A stretch of DNA of 64,000 bases from Octopus vulgaris (GCA_951406725.2 OX597830.1:57660001-57724000); one strand, 5' to 3'. Counted from the stretch's first letter, positions 14,055-28,115 are shown. A program made the numbers and translations. The notes: generated by a model not told the origin, from the sequence alone.

Positions 14055-14356
14055 TTTCACTTGCTTGAAGTCGGACTGCGGCCATGCTGGGGCGTGATCT
14101 CATTAAGTCTGGTACTTAATCTATGAGACCCTTCTTGACAAAACCTCTAAGTTACAGGGACGTAAGCATACCAACGCCGGTTGTCAAGCGGTAGAGGAAC
14201 AAATTCGAAGACGCACGCTCACAAACAACAGTCTTCATCTATCAAATTCACTCACAAAACCCTGGTCGGGTCGACACTTTGCCCCTGGTGCCACGCAGGA
14301 CTTAATCTGTACCACGTGGTTGCAAAGCGAACTTCTAAACCACACAGCCATGCCTG
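14055..14356 (-). mobile_element. SINE family A copy
   Basis: gactgcggccatgctgg, ggacgtaagcataccaacgccggttgtcaagcg and a reverse tRNA-like head at 14290-14356. Confidence 0.7.
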
Positions 14357-17300
14357 AACAGGAGACGAACACACAGAGTCAACATGAAACGAAAAACAGC
14401 GTAGGGTTAAAACCTACGACAGCTTAAATTATAAAGAAATATTGTTTCATTGAACACTTATAAAAAAAAATACGTAACAATTTGGAATTAAGGAATCTAT
14501 ATACATAGTGATCTGTTCCAAAGAGTAGAGCATAGCTTAATTTATGGCTATCAAGAATATGTACGAAATAATAAAGAGGGTGTCTTTCCCAGCTTTCTAA
14601 ACGATGGGATTTTTCAAAGCGAACATTTCAGAATAATCGTTTTGCTAACTTATCATAAATTATCTTAATAGAAAACATCAAGATATTATAAAAAGCCAAG
14701 ACGAAATGCGTCGCTGTATTTAGTTACGTCCCTTTACGTTCCGAGTTCAAATCCCAGCGGAGTTTATATTTGCCTTTCGTAAGCATTAAAATATTGGAGT
14801 TGATTAAATCGACCACACTACTCCACAAAAAAAGAAATTAATTAATTTGCTGACCTCGTGCTTACGTCTCGTTATTATTTTTGATATGACTAACAAAATA
14901 AAGATCCAATCTTGTACTTGACTATTCGGTTCGGTTAATTGCAGCTGTTCAAATTTTGCCGACTTTTGTCGATTTGAGCATTCATTCATTTGGAGTTTTA
15001 AGAACCGGTAAGATATTAGATCGATTCCATAAGTACTACAAGTATCCTTTCTTACAACATCAGGCTTGTCTCTAAGAAGAAGAAAAAAACGATTATTGTG
15101 ATTATTATTATCATTATTATTAGTCTGTCCTCGCTACCGCCACCGCCATTTTTACGTTGATGAGGGTATTAAGATGAAATCATCAGTTAGACTCAGTAAA
15201 ACAATACTAGGATGTCGGGTAGATTGGGGCAGGAGGACTTACAGGGTGATTCTATACCGTTTGTCTCAATCATTTATTTCATAATCCATCAAACACACAC
15301 ATATTTGAGAAAAAAAAAAAAATTTTTTTCTTTTCCCCCATCTTTTACGCGTCGATAATACTTGCTAATAATTTCAACAATTGCAACAATAACGACATTA
15401 ATAACAAACCGAATAAGGAATAGGGATTTAAAAGGGGGAAACGAATATTGTAAAACTAACGGTTAGACTTTTAAACAATGAGATTTTTATATCAGTAAGA
15501 AATGACAGCAAGTGAGAACGGAAGCAATCATGAAGTGAGAAGAAGAAGAGAGACAAGAGAAAAGAGTGGAAGGAAACGGCCGAAAATCCACCGACACCAA
15601 CTATTAATATAGACTAATTAAATGAACCGATTTGCCAGAATGAATATATTAACTCGGTCTTAATATAGAAAGGGGTCCGTGTTAAAAAGGATAAAAGAAA
15701 AATCTGCTACTGGCCGGGCATCTTTCTGCCTTGCCTCAGCCAATTTATGTCTAGCGTCTGGGACACTACCGTTCCGTTTATTCAACATTCCCCGACCCCT
15801 AAGCATGAACAATACAGAATGGGGGGGGGAGGCGGGATTTCGGTGAAGAGGGAAAGGGACAATGTGCAGCCTAAAATATACGCAGATGAATGGAGTTGGC
15901 GGCGATCACTACTTCTCTGTGAGAAGCTTCCATTTTTAATAAGATCTCACTTCACAAGGTCAAATATTAATCACATGGACATAACTTATAAACCAAGTAA
16001 CCCCTATGGATGATTTACAAAAATTGTGGGGCGGGGGATAGGAAGTTGTGGCAATCATGCATCTCCTTAACATTAAGCGACAAGTGAATAAGTTCCAATT
16101 TAGGATTCGAAATCAGATTCACCAACAATTACAAATTTCTTAAATAGGAATCAGATCCCAAATTTATGTTGGAAGAAATTAAGAAAATGTGACGTTCATG
16201 CTTTGCCCAATGCCATCTTTGGATTGGCAGACAATTCGACAAAATAATATCAATGACAAAACATGTATGACAATGAAATAAGAACAAATGTAGATGTGGA
16301 AGTGTGAATGTATCTGTCTATCCTCACACACAAATATATATATATAGCTTGATTTTTAATAGAATCCAAGCTTTTTAAAATAAAAATTAAAAAAGTACGT
16401 CGTATATCGTTTTCGAATCACTGATTGTACTGAAAACAATTAAAATAAATTCAATAATCTTCATCAATTGAAATGATGTCAATGTTTGTCTGAAGCACTA
16501 AATTTAGTCATTTGAGGTTTAATACGAAAGAGGTGTTAGTTCTTTCCCACTAACTTGACCGAATTCACAGCAAAAACTGGAGGATTTCTTTGTTTCCAGA
16601 ATATACCATAATAGACAAAAGAGGCAAAAAAACACAAACTAATAGAATCATTATATTATTATTATTATTGCTATTACGATGTGAAACACTAGTTCCGATT
16701 TTTTCCTCTCCTACAAATTCCAAATCTTACATGCCGACATTAAAAGATTTTTTTTTTAATCAGTATTATTTTTATTATTATTATAGTGGCCAACGCAGAG
16801 TTGAAACACTAAGTTCGTGACAAAGTGAATCCATAAGTCAGGTTTCGAATCCTACACACGAAAAATTTCCTTTCCTTTATCTCTTAAAACATGAACGTAT
16901 TAAGCTCCTATTTTTCTCGATCGCCAGACTTGGCTATCAAAGCAAGAAGCATCAGGATTTTTTTCCTCCTTTCTTTTGGCAAGCTCTTAGTGATGAGGAA
17001 CAGTTACCCGGTTTCCTTTCCTTGCTATAATTCCAGCACTTTGTTAGATTCTTATTGCCTTAACATGACGACGGTGACTATTTGTCCCCTATAAATCTTA
17101 GCCAGTCCCTAAGATGTGGCTGTCCCTTAAAACACTTTACTCATTATTAACATTACACCCCGTCAAGACCCATCTTAATTACAATATGACATTCGATTGG
17201 AAAGTAGCATTCGATATCTTTAATTTCAATTACGTATTATAAAAGAGAGGAGACCAGTGCTGACAACCTCTTCCCATTGTAAGAATCTCTGCAATCTTAT

Positions 17301-17648
17301 CTCGAAAAGGTTCTTCTTTTATAGCAGACATGACACACGTGACCACGTTCAGAGTTTCACCACGAAAAACGGCAGAAACACGAACACACACACACACATA
17401 TATATATAGATATATATTAAATGCACACATTAATTAGAGCATGGAGCAAATAGAAAACGGGCAGAAAAAGCACCAATGTTAACGAGCAGATGAAATTTAA
17501 TGATTTTCTTTTTACGCTCAATACTTGTAATTTCTTTTGCGCTTTAAATACATTAAATCTAAAATATTTCTGCTGAGACTCACATCTCTGGCATGGAATT
17601 GCCATCATCCGGTGCTTCAAAGAGAACATTCCAACTTTACAATATATT

Positions 17649-17716
<68 letters not shown>

Positions 17717-17900
17717 TAAATATATAATGTGGACATCAAATAGAGACGTTTCGTAAAATGAAGACCGAACGAGGTGTTTAGAATGAAAGTGTGCGAGTAG
17801 GAGAGAATTCATTAATTGTACAAAATGTAGGCAATTTTTTTTCTAACATGAAAAAGCATTTTATGAAGAAATTTTTTCTGGTCTTTTTAAATGTTACTCA

Positions 17901-18092
<192 letters not shown>

Positions 18093-18259
18093 TCAAACAG
18101 GTCAGAAAAAAATTAAAACAACCACGAAGGTAAATGATATCTATATATATTAATAAATATATAGATGTAGATGGATATATACACTATCCAAATGCAACAC
18201 ACAATAGTTTGAATGAGTCGCCACTCGACGATAATCTTGTGAAATTGTAATTGTTGAAA

Positions 18260-18540
18260 TCAATCAAGATGGCCTATTGCATGCCATCCATCCACACATC
18301 CAAATTAATGTACACCTTTGAAGACTTCAACGAATGCCTTCCCTGCAAAAAAGGAAGGAATTTTTCAACTGGGACAATTAATAAATGTTAGATAAGTCGT
18401 CCATAAATCGTTTCGTGTTGCTTTCAGTTCACCAAAAAGCATTATTGAGGCAACAGGTATAAATATTCCACATTCACATCTTTCAAACATTGGCCACAAT
18501 ATGGCGTCTAGAGTTGGCCCGCCAAGTGGAAACGAGGCTG
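18260..18540 (-). promoter_or_regulatory. Putative CK2alpha promoter / 5' UTR region
   Basis: CpG-retaining, repeat-free stretch upstream of the ATG with YY1-like motifs (aatatggcg ~18498, aagatggc ~18266) and a possible minus-strand acceptor ccttttttgcag near 18343. Confidence 0.35.
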
Positions 18541-19943
18541 TCACCCCTCCAAGAGAAGTTATTTGCCCTTTTTTACTTCGCTCTCTGGTGTTTCTCTCAG
18601 CTCTGCAAACAACAAATAGGAAACTGGAAAAGATGACATTTGATAGAGTTTAGGAGAGCAAGGCGATGATAATGTCATCTGTAGCTAGTTCTCACTCAAG
18701 AGGATGGACATATATTTAATATCTTACATGCGCATGCTTCTCTTCCTATATACGCATGCATGTATATGCAAAGATAAAATGTGCAATGTCTATATAGAGA
18801 ACCAAATTAGTATGGTGGTGGTGGTGGTGGTGGAATTGGATGAGACCAGGCAAATTTTGTTCATGAATCAGCTTTTCTTATTTTAAGACTTCATTTTAAT
18901 CTGAAATGTGTTATCTGATAAGTTTTTTACATTGTATTCACTTTCTTGGAAATATTAAAATATAGTTGACTCTATTTTCTTTTATTTATATATTTTAATT
19001 ATAAAAACTACACTTTTTCTTTATGTAAAGTTATTAAGAAAAAGTTCAGATATGAAGAATATTTTGTTTACTCCATTACAAACCAGCAATTTGCCATCAG
19101 TAAATAAATATATAAACTTTCAATAGAGCCTGTCTAGACTTGCTTGTTGCATCTCATGAAAAATCTTTTCTCTGTACAGTTTACATTTTGTTTTATTTAT
19201 TTATAGGACTAGACCCTATTCATATTTGCCAGTGGGTCTCTGTTTTGCCCCTGTGGATCCCTTTGATTCCTGTTTGATTCTACCGGACCCTCAGAGCCAT
19301 TTGATTTTTTTTAAATCCAATTGTAGTTTTAGAATTACATATTTGGAAATGTATAAAAAATTGCTAAGATATTTTGAATATTGTAGAAGCATAAGCAATT
19401 TATGGCAAAAACGTTTTAGCAGCTAAATCTTACTTGGACCCTCAAGAGTCATATGCACGGACCCCAGTTGAGGACCACTGATATATATATATATATACAT
19501 TGCCACATTGGAAATAATCTGATAGCAGAAATTAAACTTTTAATAATACTTTGCTACTATTGCTGATATAATTTTAAAAATTTGGTATATATTCATGTAT
19601 TTATGGGCAGGTGAAACTCAGAGTAGCAAGAGACTCGACCAAAATAAAGTATATCATTAACCTCTCCTACAGGATTAATCATTTTTCTGGCAGTCAACAA
19701 ACGACACATATTTAGAATCCGAATAAATCCAGAAGTATTTCTCTGCTGCTTTCTTCTGCCATCCTGCAGTGCAAAATGCTTATATATATATAATTAGGTG
19801 TTTTGAGGTAGAGCTGAAAATCTAAAAACAAACATGCAAACATATGCACAGTAATGTCTAATTAGAGAAACATATATTTATATATTTTAACCCATGCCAG
19901 CACGAAAAACAATGGTAATGCTAATGATTATGTATGCATGTAT

Positions 19944-20350
19944 GAGTGGCTGTGTGGTAAGTAGCTTGTTTACCAACCACATGGTTCTGGGTTCAGTCCC
20001 ACTGCGTGGCACCTTGGGCAACTGTCTTCTACTATAGCCTCGGGCCGACCAAAGCCTTGTGAGTGGATTTGGTAGACGGAAACTGAAAGAAGCCCGTCGT
20101 ATATATGTATATACAGATATATATATATATATATATGCATGTGTGTGTTTGTCCCCCTAGCATTGCTTGACAACTGATGCTGGTGTGTTTATGTCCCCGT
20201 TACTTAGCGGTTCGGCAAAAGAGACCAATAGAATAAGTACTGGGCTTACAAAAGAATAAGTCCCGGGGTTAAGTTGCTCGATTAAAGGCGGTGCTCCAGC
20301 ATGGCCGCAGTCAAATGACTGAAACAAGTAAAAGAGAGTAAAGAGTAGAG
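19944..20350 (+). mobile_element. Near full-length SINE family A (CORE-like, OR2-like)
   Basis: Head tggctgtgtggtaag...gggttcagtccc, CORE-like domain, internal (TA)/(TG) tract and tail aaacaagtaaaagagagtaaagag. Confidence 0.85.
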
Positions 20351-21253
20351 AATATATTTGTATATGCATATATATATGTATATATATATATATATAAAAT
20401 GCAAATAATTAGAAAATGGAGAAATTATTTACATTGGTTCCTGTTAAACTCTTGCTTATCCTGTTGTTATCTGCACTCTACATTTATGGTGTTCCTGCAC
20501 ACCAATGCCTGAGGATAATACAAGTAACGGATACCGACAGTAAATACAGATATTTTATCCCTTAGTTGGTTATTATAACTGCTAACTCTATTTACACTAT
20601 ATATATATATATATATACAAGCTTAAACACCTCACTCCATGTAGACTTTTAAGCTAACTCCAGCAGAGAGCTAATTGGGCCTGTGGCCCAAAACTAAACT
20701 CAGCTAAATAGCATGACTATAATATGTCTATAATAACTATAAGACTTGATAGTGTATGATCAGAGGTTAAGGATGGGTGAGAATTATTAATTCTATAATG
20801 CAGTCCCAAGTTGAATTCCAACCGTTGACCAATTTGTCCCAAAGTTCTTATCTCAACATGAAATTAATGAAGTGAATGTCATTTATCTCCCCCTTGGTCT
20901 CTGACGTCATCTGACAAGTGCCAACCAAGATGGCATGAATCAGCCAAGCTTTACCTGCTAGAAATAGCAATCCAAATGCTTTTAAATAAGATCCCAGTTC
21001 TGGATGTTCAAGAACCAAATGAAGAGCTGATCTTCAATCCTGAGATCATCCTGATTCCAAAATGCTATAATATCTCTATGTAGAGCAAATGTAGACTGAA
21101 ATACAGGGGACCCAGACAGAGAGAGAGAGACAGAATTTTGCTTTTATTGTTATAGTTATATCAGTATTACTTATCTCTCTACCCTGAAGACGGATGCCAG
21201 AGCTATCTAATGGTTATATGCTTCTGTATACAACAGGCTTCTTTTCAATTTTT

Positions 21254-21284
<31 letters not shown>

Positions 21285-21384
21285 ATAGTAATTGTTTGAC
21301 AACAAAACAATGAATGAGACCTTGATATTATGTAAATAGAGGAATTTATCTGTAATATAATATGTGACAATTATTTGGTTGCCA

Positions 21385-21445
21385 TAATAAAACTGAGTTT
21401 CGGATGGTGGGGCAGAAATCTGCTCCGACATCTCGTCAGTTATTA
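21385..21445 (-). ncRNA. Type I hammerhead ribozyme with intact core
   Basis: Minus strand: UAAUAA-CUGACGA-GAUG(ucggagcagauuucugccccac)CAUC-C-GAAA-CUCAG-U-U-UUAUUA. 6-bp stem I, stem II, near-palindromic ACUCAGU stem III, GUU site. Confidence 0.8.
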
Positions 21446-21470
21446 AGACTATCAAAACATATATACATAT

Positions 21471-21886
21471 ATATTGTTATATTTCGGAATGGTCATTTTG
21501 CCAGTTTAGCCAATAAAAACACACGCACTATATATTTGGTGTTATTTTGCTTCAGTGTTATTTATTTTTTACATTAATCTTAATCTTATTTCGGCCAGAG
21601 TTCTTTCATCACACTCCTGTGACCGCATCAGTGGTCCTTTGTTTTCTTCTTTCTTATTTGTGTCTCTCCATGGCTGACGGTTAGTAAGGAGAGACACAAA
21701 TAAGAAAGAAGAAAACAAAGGACCACTGATGCGGTCACAGGAGTGTGACGAAAGAACTCTGGCCGAAATAAGATTAAGATTAATGTAAAAAATAAATAAC
21801 ACTGAAGCAAAATAACACCAAATATATAGTGCATGTGTTTTTATTGGCTAAACTGGCAATATGACCATTCCGAAATATAACAATAT
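21471..21886. repeat. Fold-back palindrome, 199-bp arms, 18-nt spacer (PLE-type inverted terminal repeat)
   Basis: 21471-21669 is the reverse complement of 21688-21886 with 3 mismatches (2 at CpG). The right arm continues ~54 nt as an unpaired tail; flanked by (TA)n. Confidence 0.95.
21720..21764 (+). ncRNA. Minimal hammerhead-like motif with variant core (mirror copy 21593-21637 on minus)
   Basis: GGACCA-CUGAUGC-G-GUCAC(aggagu)GUGAC-GAAA-GAAC-U-C-UGGCC; A9 is replaced by C. Confidence 0.6.
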
Positions 21887-21940
21887 CTGTTTCAACACAC
21901 GACTTCACATAAAAAATCTTGCACAACAAATATTTAAACG

Positions 21941-21974
<34 letters not shown>

Positions 21975-21978
<4 letters not shown>

Positions 21979-22460
21979 GTGGTTGTCTACTCCTTATGCA
22001 GAGTTTGAGCACCTCCTATATCTACACCTTAGCACCATCATTGCATCTGATGTGGCTTTTTAAACCAATTTTCTGAAAAGACATAGATTGCACCTCCGAT
22101 TTGGACCACCAAGGGCTGCAGATAAGTTCTGCTCTTTGAGGATCTTAACATGTCTTTTCAGGCCTCTGTTGCATTTGCAAACCTTTTGCCATACACTGCA
22201 TTCAAAGGTGTGCTCAGACATATTGGCAGAATAGTTGGTGGAGATTTATTTTCCATGTGTTTGCTGATGAGATTTAAGGCAGCAAAAGACAGGCCTGGTC
22301 TGCTACAGACTGTGCACACAAAAAGGTCATTGTCCTTCACCTTGTCAATCGTTACATTCTTCCATAGATCTCTTTTGAGTCTTACTTGTGTTATCCTGGC
22401 CTCTTCGAATGCTTTCACTTTTGTTTACCATCCAACTTGATCTGAAGCAAGGGTTTCTAT
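21975..22460 (-). mobile_element. RTE (BovB-like) LINE 3' end
   Basis: ORF 22158-22418 KAFEEARI..FVCTVCSRPGLSFAAL..KH; same family as 6597-7250. Confidence 0.7.
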
Positions 22461-22484
22461 ATATATACATCCATATACTTTCTT

Positions 22485-22878
22485 TTTCTTTTTTTATTTG
22501 TTTCAGTCATTTGATTGTGGCCGTGCTGGAGCACTGCCTTTAGTCAAGCAACTTGACCTCAAGACTTATTCTTTGTAAGCCTAATACTTATTCTATCGGT
22601 CTCTTTTGCCAAACCGCTAAGCTACGAGGACGTAAACACACCAGCATCAGTTGTCATGCGATATTGGGGGAACAAACCCAGACACATAAACATATACATA
22701 CATACATATATATATACGATGGGCTTCTTTCAGTTTCCATCTACCAAATCCACTGACAAGGCTTTGGTCGGCCCAAGGCTATAGTAGAAGAACTTGCTCA
22801 AGGTGGCATGCAGTGGGACTGAACCTGGAACCATGTGGTTGGTAAGCAAGCTACTTACCATGCAGTCACTCCTGTGCC
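22485..22878 (-). mobile_element. Full-length SINE family A
   Basis: Reverse complement of 19944-20350. Confidence 0.85.
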
Positions 22879-24235
22879 TATATATATATATATATCAATA
22901 TTACTTATCTCTCCACCCTGAAGACAGAGGCCAGATCTACCTAATGTTTATATGCTTTTACTACTGACTGCATATCCTTCAATTTTCGCAGACTAGATCT
23001 GCCAAATTTATGAAGTAATTCTGAGTTCCCAGAAACTGCTGTCAGCCCTGTAACACCATATCTTCTCCCCTTAATTTTCTTTGTTTTTGTATTCTGTGTA
23101 AGTTTCCTCTGGTAATATATAATTTTTTTTTCTTTTACTTGTTTCAGTCATTTGACTGTGGCCTTTGTGACTATCAGAGTCAACATTCTCCTGCAATTTT
23201 TCCAACCCTTTCTTACTCTAACTATTACTATACTTTCATAACAGCTACCAACACTAATTGGGAGAATAAATATCACTGATAAACTGTCAAAGTTCTAGGC
23301 CTTCATTCCATAAATTTGCCTAGCAGAAACCATGCCAGTCCATCTATTACATCCAAAGTCCTGCTTCTCTGTTTGCACAGCTATTCTTATACTCATTGCA
23401 CAGAGTACAATGTTTTACATTCACATTTTCCTATATTTTATAGAAAACTACTCTACAGTTGGTAGTGAAATTTTGCCCTCTGTTATTAATTACTATTTTG
23501 ACCTTTGTCATATTGACCTTTAGGCTTACTTCAGGACATTCTTCCAAACTTTAAACTTTTTCAGCAGCCCTTCAACAAATTCTGCAACAAATACATAATA
23601 ATGATGATGGATGTCATGTTAAAATTGACAAAGGATATTCCAGTTGTTTGACTCAAAGAACTTGGAATATTCCACAGATACTAAATCAGTGACATTGTGA
23701 CTGTCAAGGCCAACTCATTGAATAAAAAATTCCTTTGATGAATACCACAAAGTTTCTATCTAACCTCCTTAGTGGTTAGCAATGCCTATACCTATACATC
23801 ATATAAAATATATAGCTGAATCAAACTGAAATTAAATGAATGTACATGACTGGTTGGAGAAAATTCAAAGAATTTTTACCTCTATTGCTAATGAAAGTCC
23901 TCTCTCACAGAAGCAGATTGTATGATGCTTGTCTGTCTATATTCTCCTCATTTCTAATGCCACTGAGGTCGACTTTTACTTTCATCCTTTTGGGGTTGAT
24001 AAAATAAGTACCAGTCATGTACTGGGATCGTTGTAACTGACACTTTCCCCAAAACTGTTGGCCTTGTGCCAGAATTTAAAACCAGTTATTAATCATTAAG
24101 CTGATGCTATGTTTTCCTTCCCATCTGTGGACTGGTACACCATGAAGTGTCCAGTAGCTGACAATCTGGTGCCTCTTCTAATGCAGGCATTATTATGTGA
24201 CAGACACTTCATAAATTTACAGTAACCATTATTAA

Positions 24236-24446
24236 CCCTTTCGTTACCAACTCAGCTGAAACCGCTGAGTACAAATGTCTTGTTTTCATAAGGTTTGAAT
24301 TAAAATCTTCCACCAAACCTTAGTCACAATTTATGTTCCTGACACTAGCTGAATGATAACTAAGTTATTTTACTAAATTCTTTGTTATATTTAAAGTAAT
24401 TGAAAGAAACACAGAACATCACAAAATAAATACAGTAACGAAAGGG
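24236..24446. mobile_element. piggyBac-type MITE
   Basis: TTAA-ccctttcgttac ... gtaacgaaaggg-TTAA: perfect 12-bp TIR with TTAA target duplication. Confidence 0.9.
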
Positions 24447-25717
24447 TTAATAACCTTTTCACTGCCAAGCATTCATGACACATTTGTTTATACACAAGCA
24501 ACATATTATTCTCCTCCTAACCAACTACAATAATATAAAGATGCAAAAATATTTAAAACTAGATCTAACCCTCTGCTAAACCCTGAAAGACTCTCTTTGT
24601 GAAAAGCAACTTAAAAGATAATTTCATGCCGGCATGGAAGGTGGATGTTAAACGATGATGATGATGATGAATACAGTGTTCCAGTATGAAAGAGGAAATA
24701 GTAAATATACACCCTTCACAGTTATTCTTCAAGAGAGAGTCCAGTGTGGGCCCAGTGGCTAGGCAGTTAGTATGTGGCATTAGAATTTGTTTTAAATAAT
24801 GTTTCCTTTAGATTTTCATTGTTGAAGCAGTGGAAGAGCGTTTCTAACTTTATAGCATGTTGTGAAGAATTAGTTGCAAAAACGTTATTAATAAAAAAGG
24901 CGGTGGTCTTCTAGGAATTTACTCAGAATTACTATCACATGACCTCTTTTAATCCAGCACAATGGATAATCTGGTATGAGCCTGGAACTAAAAATGCCAG
25001 AAAACTTGTTGGTGTGCCTGTATTTCTAATTAAAGATACTTCTTACATTAAATACGTTGGCACTGAATTAACAGTAGAGAAACGGTCTGAGTGAGATTGG
25101 TTCCAGCAGACTATGACACACTATTTGACAAGGACCTCCCCCCCCTCCCGACACTGCTGACCTAATGACCTATTAACAGTTGTTGATAGACATTGCTTTT
25201 GCTGGATTTTATTTTTCTTTGATCAAGAGAAAGTTATTTACAGAACCAAGAGTGATTTTTCACAGCTCAAAGAAAAACATTGTTCTTGTTTTCCTTAGCT
25301 TTTTTTCTTAATCTAATTTTTAACCGATTTAAATATTGATTTCTTACATTAGCCCGAAATTGTTATTTATTTGTTTAGCCCCAGGTCAGATCTAATCAAG
25401 CAGTCTTATGTATATAAGACACTCCAGTCATGACCATCTCTGTTTTTTTTTGTTTTTCAGTCAGCATATTAGTATGTTGTATCCTTTTATTTTTAAGAGA
25501 GTAGAGTGTGATCTGAGTGATATGGTTGCTTTTTTTTCCATGTTAACTGACCACATAACGGTTCTCTCATTAGCATGGCAGGCTTGAGATTCATTAGGTG
25601 TGAAGAAGGATTATGGGACATACATACCATTCTCTGAGGCTGTACCTATGTAAGAGCAATCAAATATTTTATTTAGATTTATCAAATCCATGGAAACTCC
25701 AGTAAAACAGAAGTGGA

Positions 25718-25865
25718 TGGTGGTAGTGATGGTGGTGGTGGTGGTGGTGGTGGTGGTGGTGGTGGTGGTGGTGGTGGTGGTGGTAGTGGTGTTGGTGGTG
25801 GTAGTGGTGTTGGTGGTGGTGTTGGTGGTGGTGGTGGTGGCAGCGGCAGCGGCAGCAGTGGTGGC
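25718..25865. repeat. (GGT)n microsatellite
   Basis: Direct reading. Confidence 0.95.
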
Positions 25866-25869
25866 AGCC

Positions 25870-26870
25870 TGGAGAACAATGATGAAAAGTAGGGGACAGA
25901 GGAATGAGCATCAATGAACACCTGCCTGTACACCAAATTCTTTGCTGTTCTTGTAGTTAACTCTCAACTCTCGCCTTTCAAACAGTGTCTCTGTACATGG
26001 CCTGTACAGCTTTCACAAGTCACTCTTGTACCCCTAGCCTCCTCAGAGACCACTATATCACACAGCAGGGTACTCTACCGAAAGCTTTCTCTAGATCAAC
26101 AAATGCCAAGTATAATGGTTTATTCTTGGCTAAGTATTTCTCTTGCAATTGCCTGACTATAAAAATGGCATCACTCGTGCTTCTCCCTGGGGTAAAGCCA
26201 AACTACCTTTTGTTTCGCCTAATTCTGCTCTTAATTAATTGAGCTGTAACTCTCTCTGTAATTTTCATCACCTGGTCCAGAAGTCTGATGCCTCTACAAT
26301 TCCTTCTAAGGTACCTTATTTACCCTTGTAGCAGCTAACAATAAAGCTGCTACACCAGTCACTGGGTATTATGCCTTCCTGAATAACCTGACTGCATATG
26401 CAGGCGGCTAGTCTATATCCTACCTCACCAAACATCTTGAGCATCTCAGCAATGACTACAGATGGACCAGAGGCTTTACCTGATTTTATAATTGCCTTGT
26501 CTACCATACTGTTTCCCATGAGGAGAGTTGGTCCCTCTCTTGTGTTCCCTTCATGCAGTTCATTCTCCCCATTCAATAACCTTGCATAGTAACTCTTCCA
26601 CAACTCTTTCCTGTCTGAATCACTAAGTTCAAGCATACCAACCATTCCTACTTACTTCTCTCCCACAATATCTAGATTCTCTCTGATACACGGTCTTACA
26701 ATCCAGAATGTCTCAAGTCTATTATCTTCATGTTGCAGGACGTTGGCAAACCTCTTCCTTTCTACATCTGTCCTAGCTTGGTAAACCTGACAGCAAGCTT
26801 CCCTTTTAAGCTTTCTGATATGATTCTTTGCTACCCACTTTTTTCCATTCTTTCCAGACCCATCTCTTCT
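25870..26870 (-). mobile_element. RTE LINE fragment (N-terminal RT region)
   Basis: Minus translation WKSYYARLLN..KSGKASGPS..AEMLK..IPSDW..YKGK, GFTPGRSTSDAIF, FVDLEKAF. Confidence 0.85.
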
Positions 26871-27369
26871 CTTTTATTCTATATATGATGGACTCTCCCA
26901 TTGAAGACAATGTATGAGCAGTGTTCAGCTTTTGGCAAATGACCTGCACAAATGATTTGTTTAAAATGAACAAATGTCTGCACCATACATTAACTCACTC
27001 TCTCCATCAAATTGATGTTACCTGAACAGGTGTACAGGTGAGCCACGCGTCAGGTGTTGAAGTGATCACAGAGCAACATGAGATGAAGTGTTTTGCTTAA
27101 GAACATAGTGCACCACCCTGTCTATGAATTGAAACTACAATCTCGTAATTGTGAAAGCAACACCCTAACCACTACGCCATGCGTCCTCACAGGGTGCTAC
27201 GGGTAAATTGTTGCCACTTCACATTTTTACTTTCATGCATGCACATTGTTTGTTTTTGATTTTGTCAGCTACACAATATAGTAGGGTCAGTTGGGCACCA
27301 TCTGTGAAAAAAACAGCACCATGACATAATTCACCCTGTCAGAAATTTGGAAACAACATTCTAGTGGTA

Positions 27370-27822
27370 ACAGTCTCTGAGCATCCACCTCCACTACTAA
27401 CTTGGTCACCTGGATAGTGGAAACTATCAACTACTTCTAGTTTCTCCCCCTGGAGTGTGATGGAATCTGTTTTCTGAGTATCTGTGGTATCTATTGCCCC
27501 TGTACATGAAAGCTATCTTCTTGGTTAATTTTCCTTTGATGTTGCTGCACCTCTTGTGTCCATAGCTTACACTGGGTACATCTTATGGAGTTTCTACCTA
27601 CACCTTTTCTACAGATCGAGCAAGGCCACCTGCCCGAGGGGGTATGTGATGAGTTTGCCTTTCTGCTTACTATAACTTTGGTCTTTGCTACATTTACTCT
27701 AAGGTCCTTTGATTCTAAACCTAGCTTCCACATCTGAAATTTCTTTTCTTGTTCCGGTAATGATTCTGCTATGAGGACCAGGTCATCAGCATAGAAGAGC
27801 TCCCAGGGGCAACCCGTCTTGA
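27370..27822 (-). mobile_element. RTE LINE fragment (YADD to YPGD)
   Basis: GCPWELFYADDL, RVNVAKTKV, WPCSICRKGVGRNSIRCTQC; same family as 9337-10980. Confidence 0.9.
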
Positions 27823-28027
27823 AATGACAGACTTCTTTCAGTTTCCGTCAACCAAATCCACTCACAAGGCTTTGGTTGGCCCAAGGCTATAGTAGAAGAC
27901 ACTTGCCCAAGGTGCAAGTCTGCTTTCCATGCTAGCATGGGTTGGACGATTTGACTGAGGTCTGGCGAACCAGACTCCAATCTGATCTGGCAGAGTTTCT
28001 ACAGCTGGATGCCCTTTCTAATGCCAA

Positions 28028-28115
<88 letters not shown>

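Noticed and set aside
21170-21250. Hammerhead at ctgaaga (also ~22918, ctgagga ~20509, ctgatga ~13345 and ~28219)
   Set aside because: No correctly placed GAAA, stem I or cleavage triplet found.
21471-21886. Palindromes as sequencing fold-back artefacts
   Set aside because: Arm differences are mainly CpG transitions, and the related inverted structures at 43.7 and 48.6 kb have TSDs. Raw reads would still be the final check.
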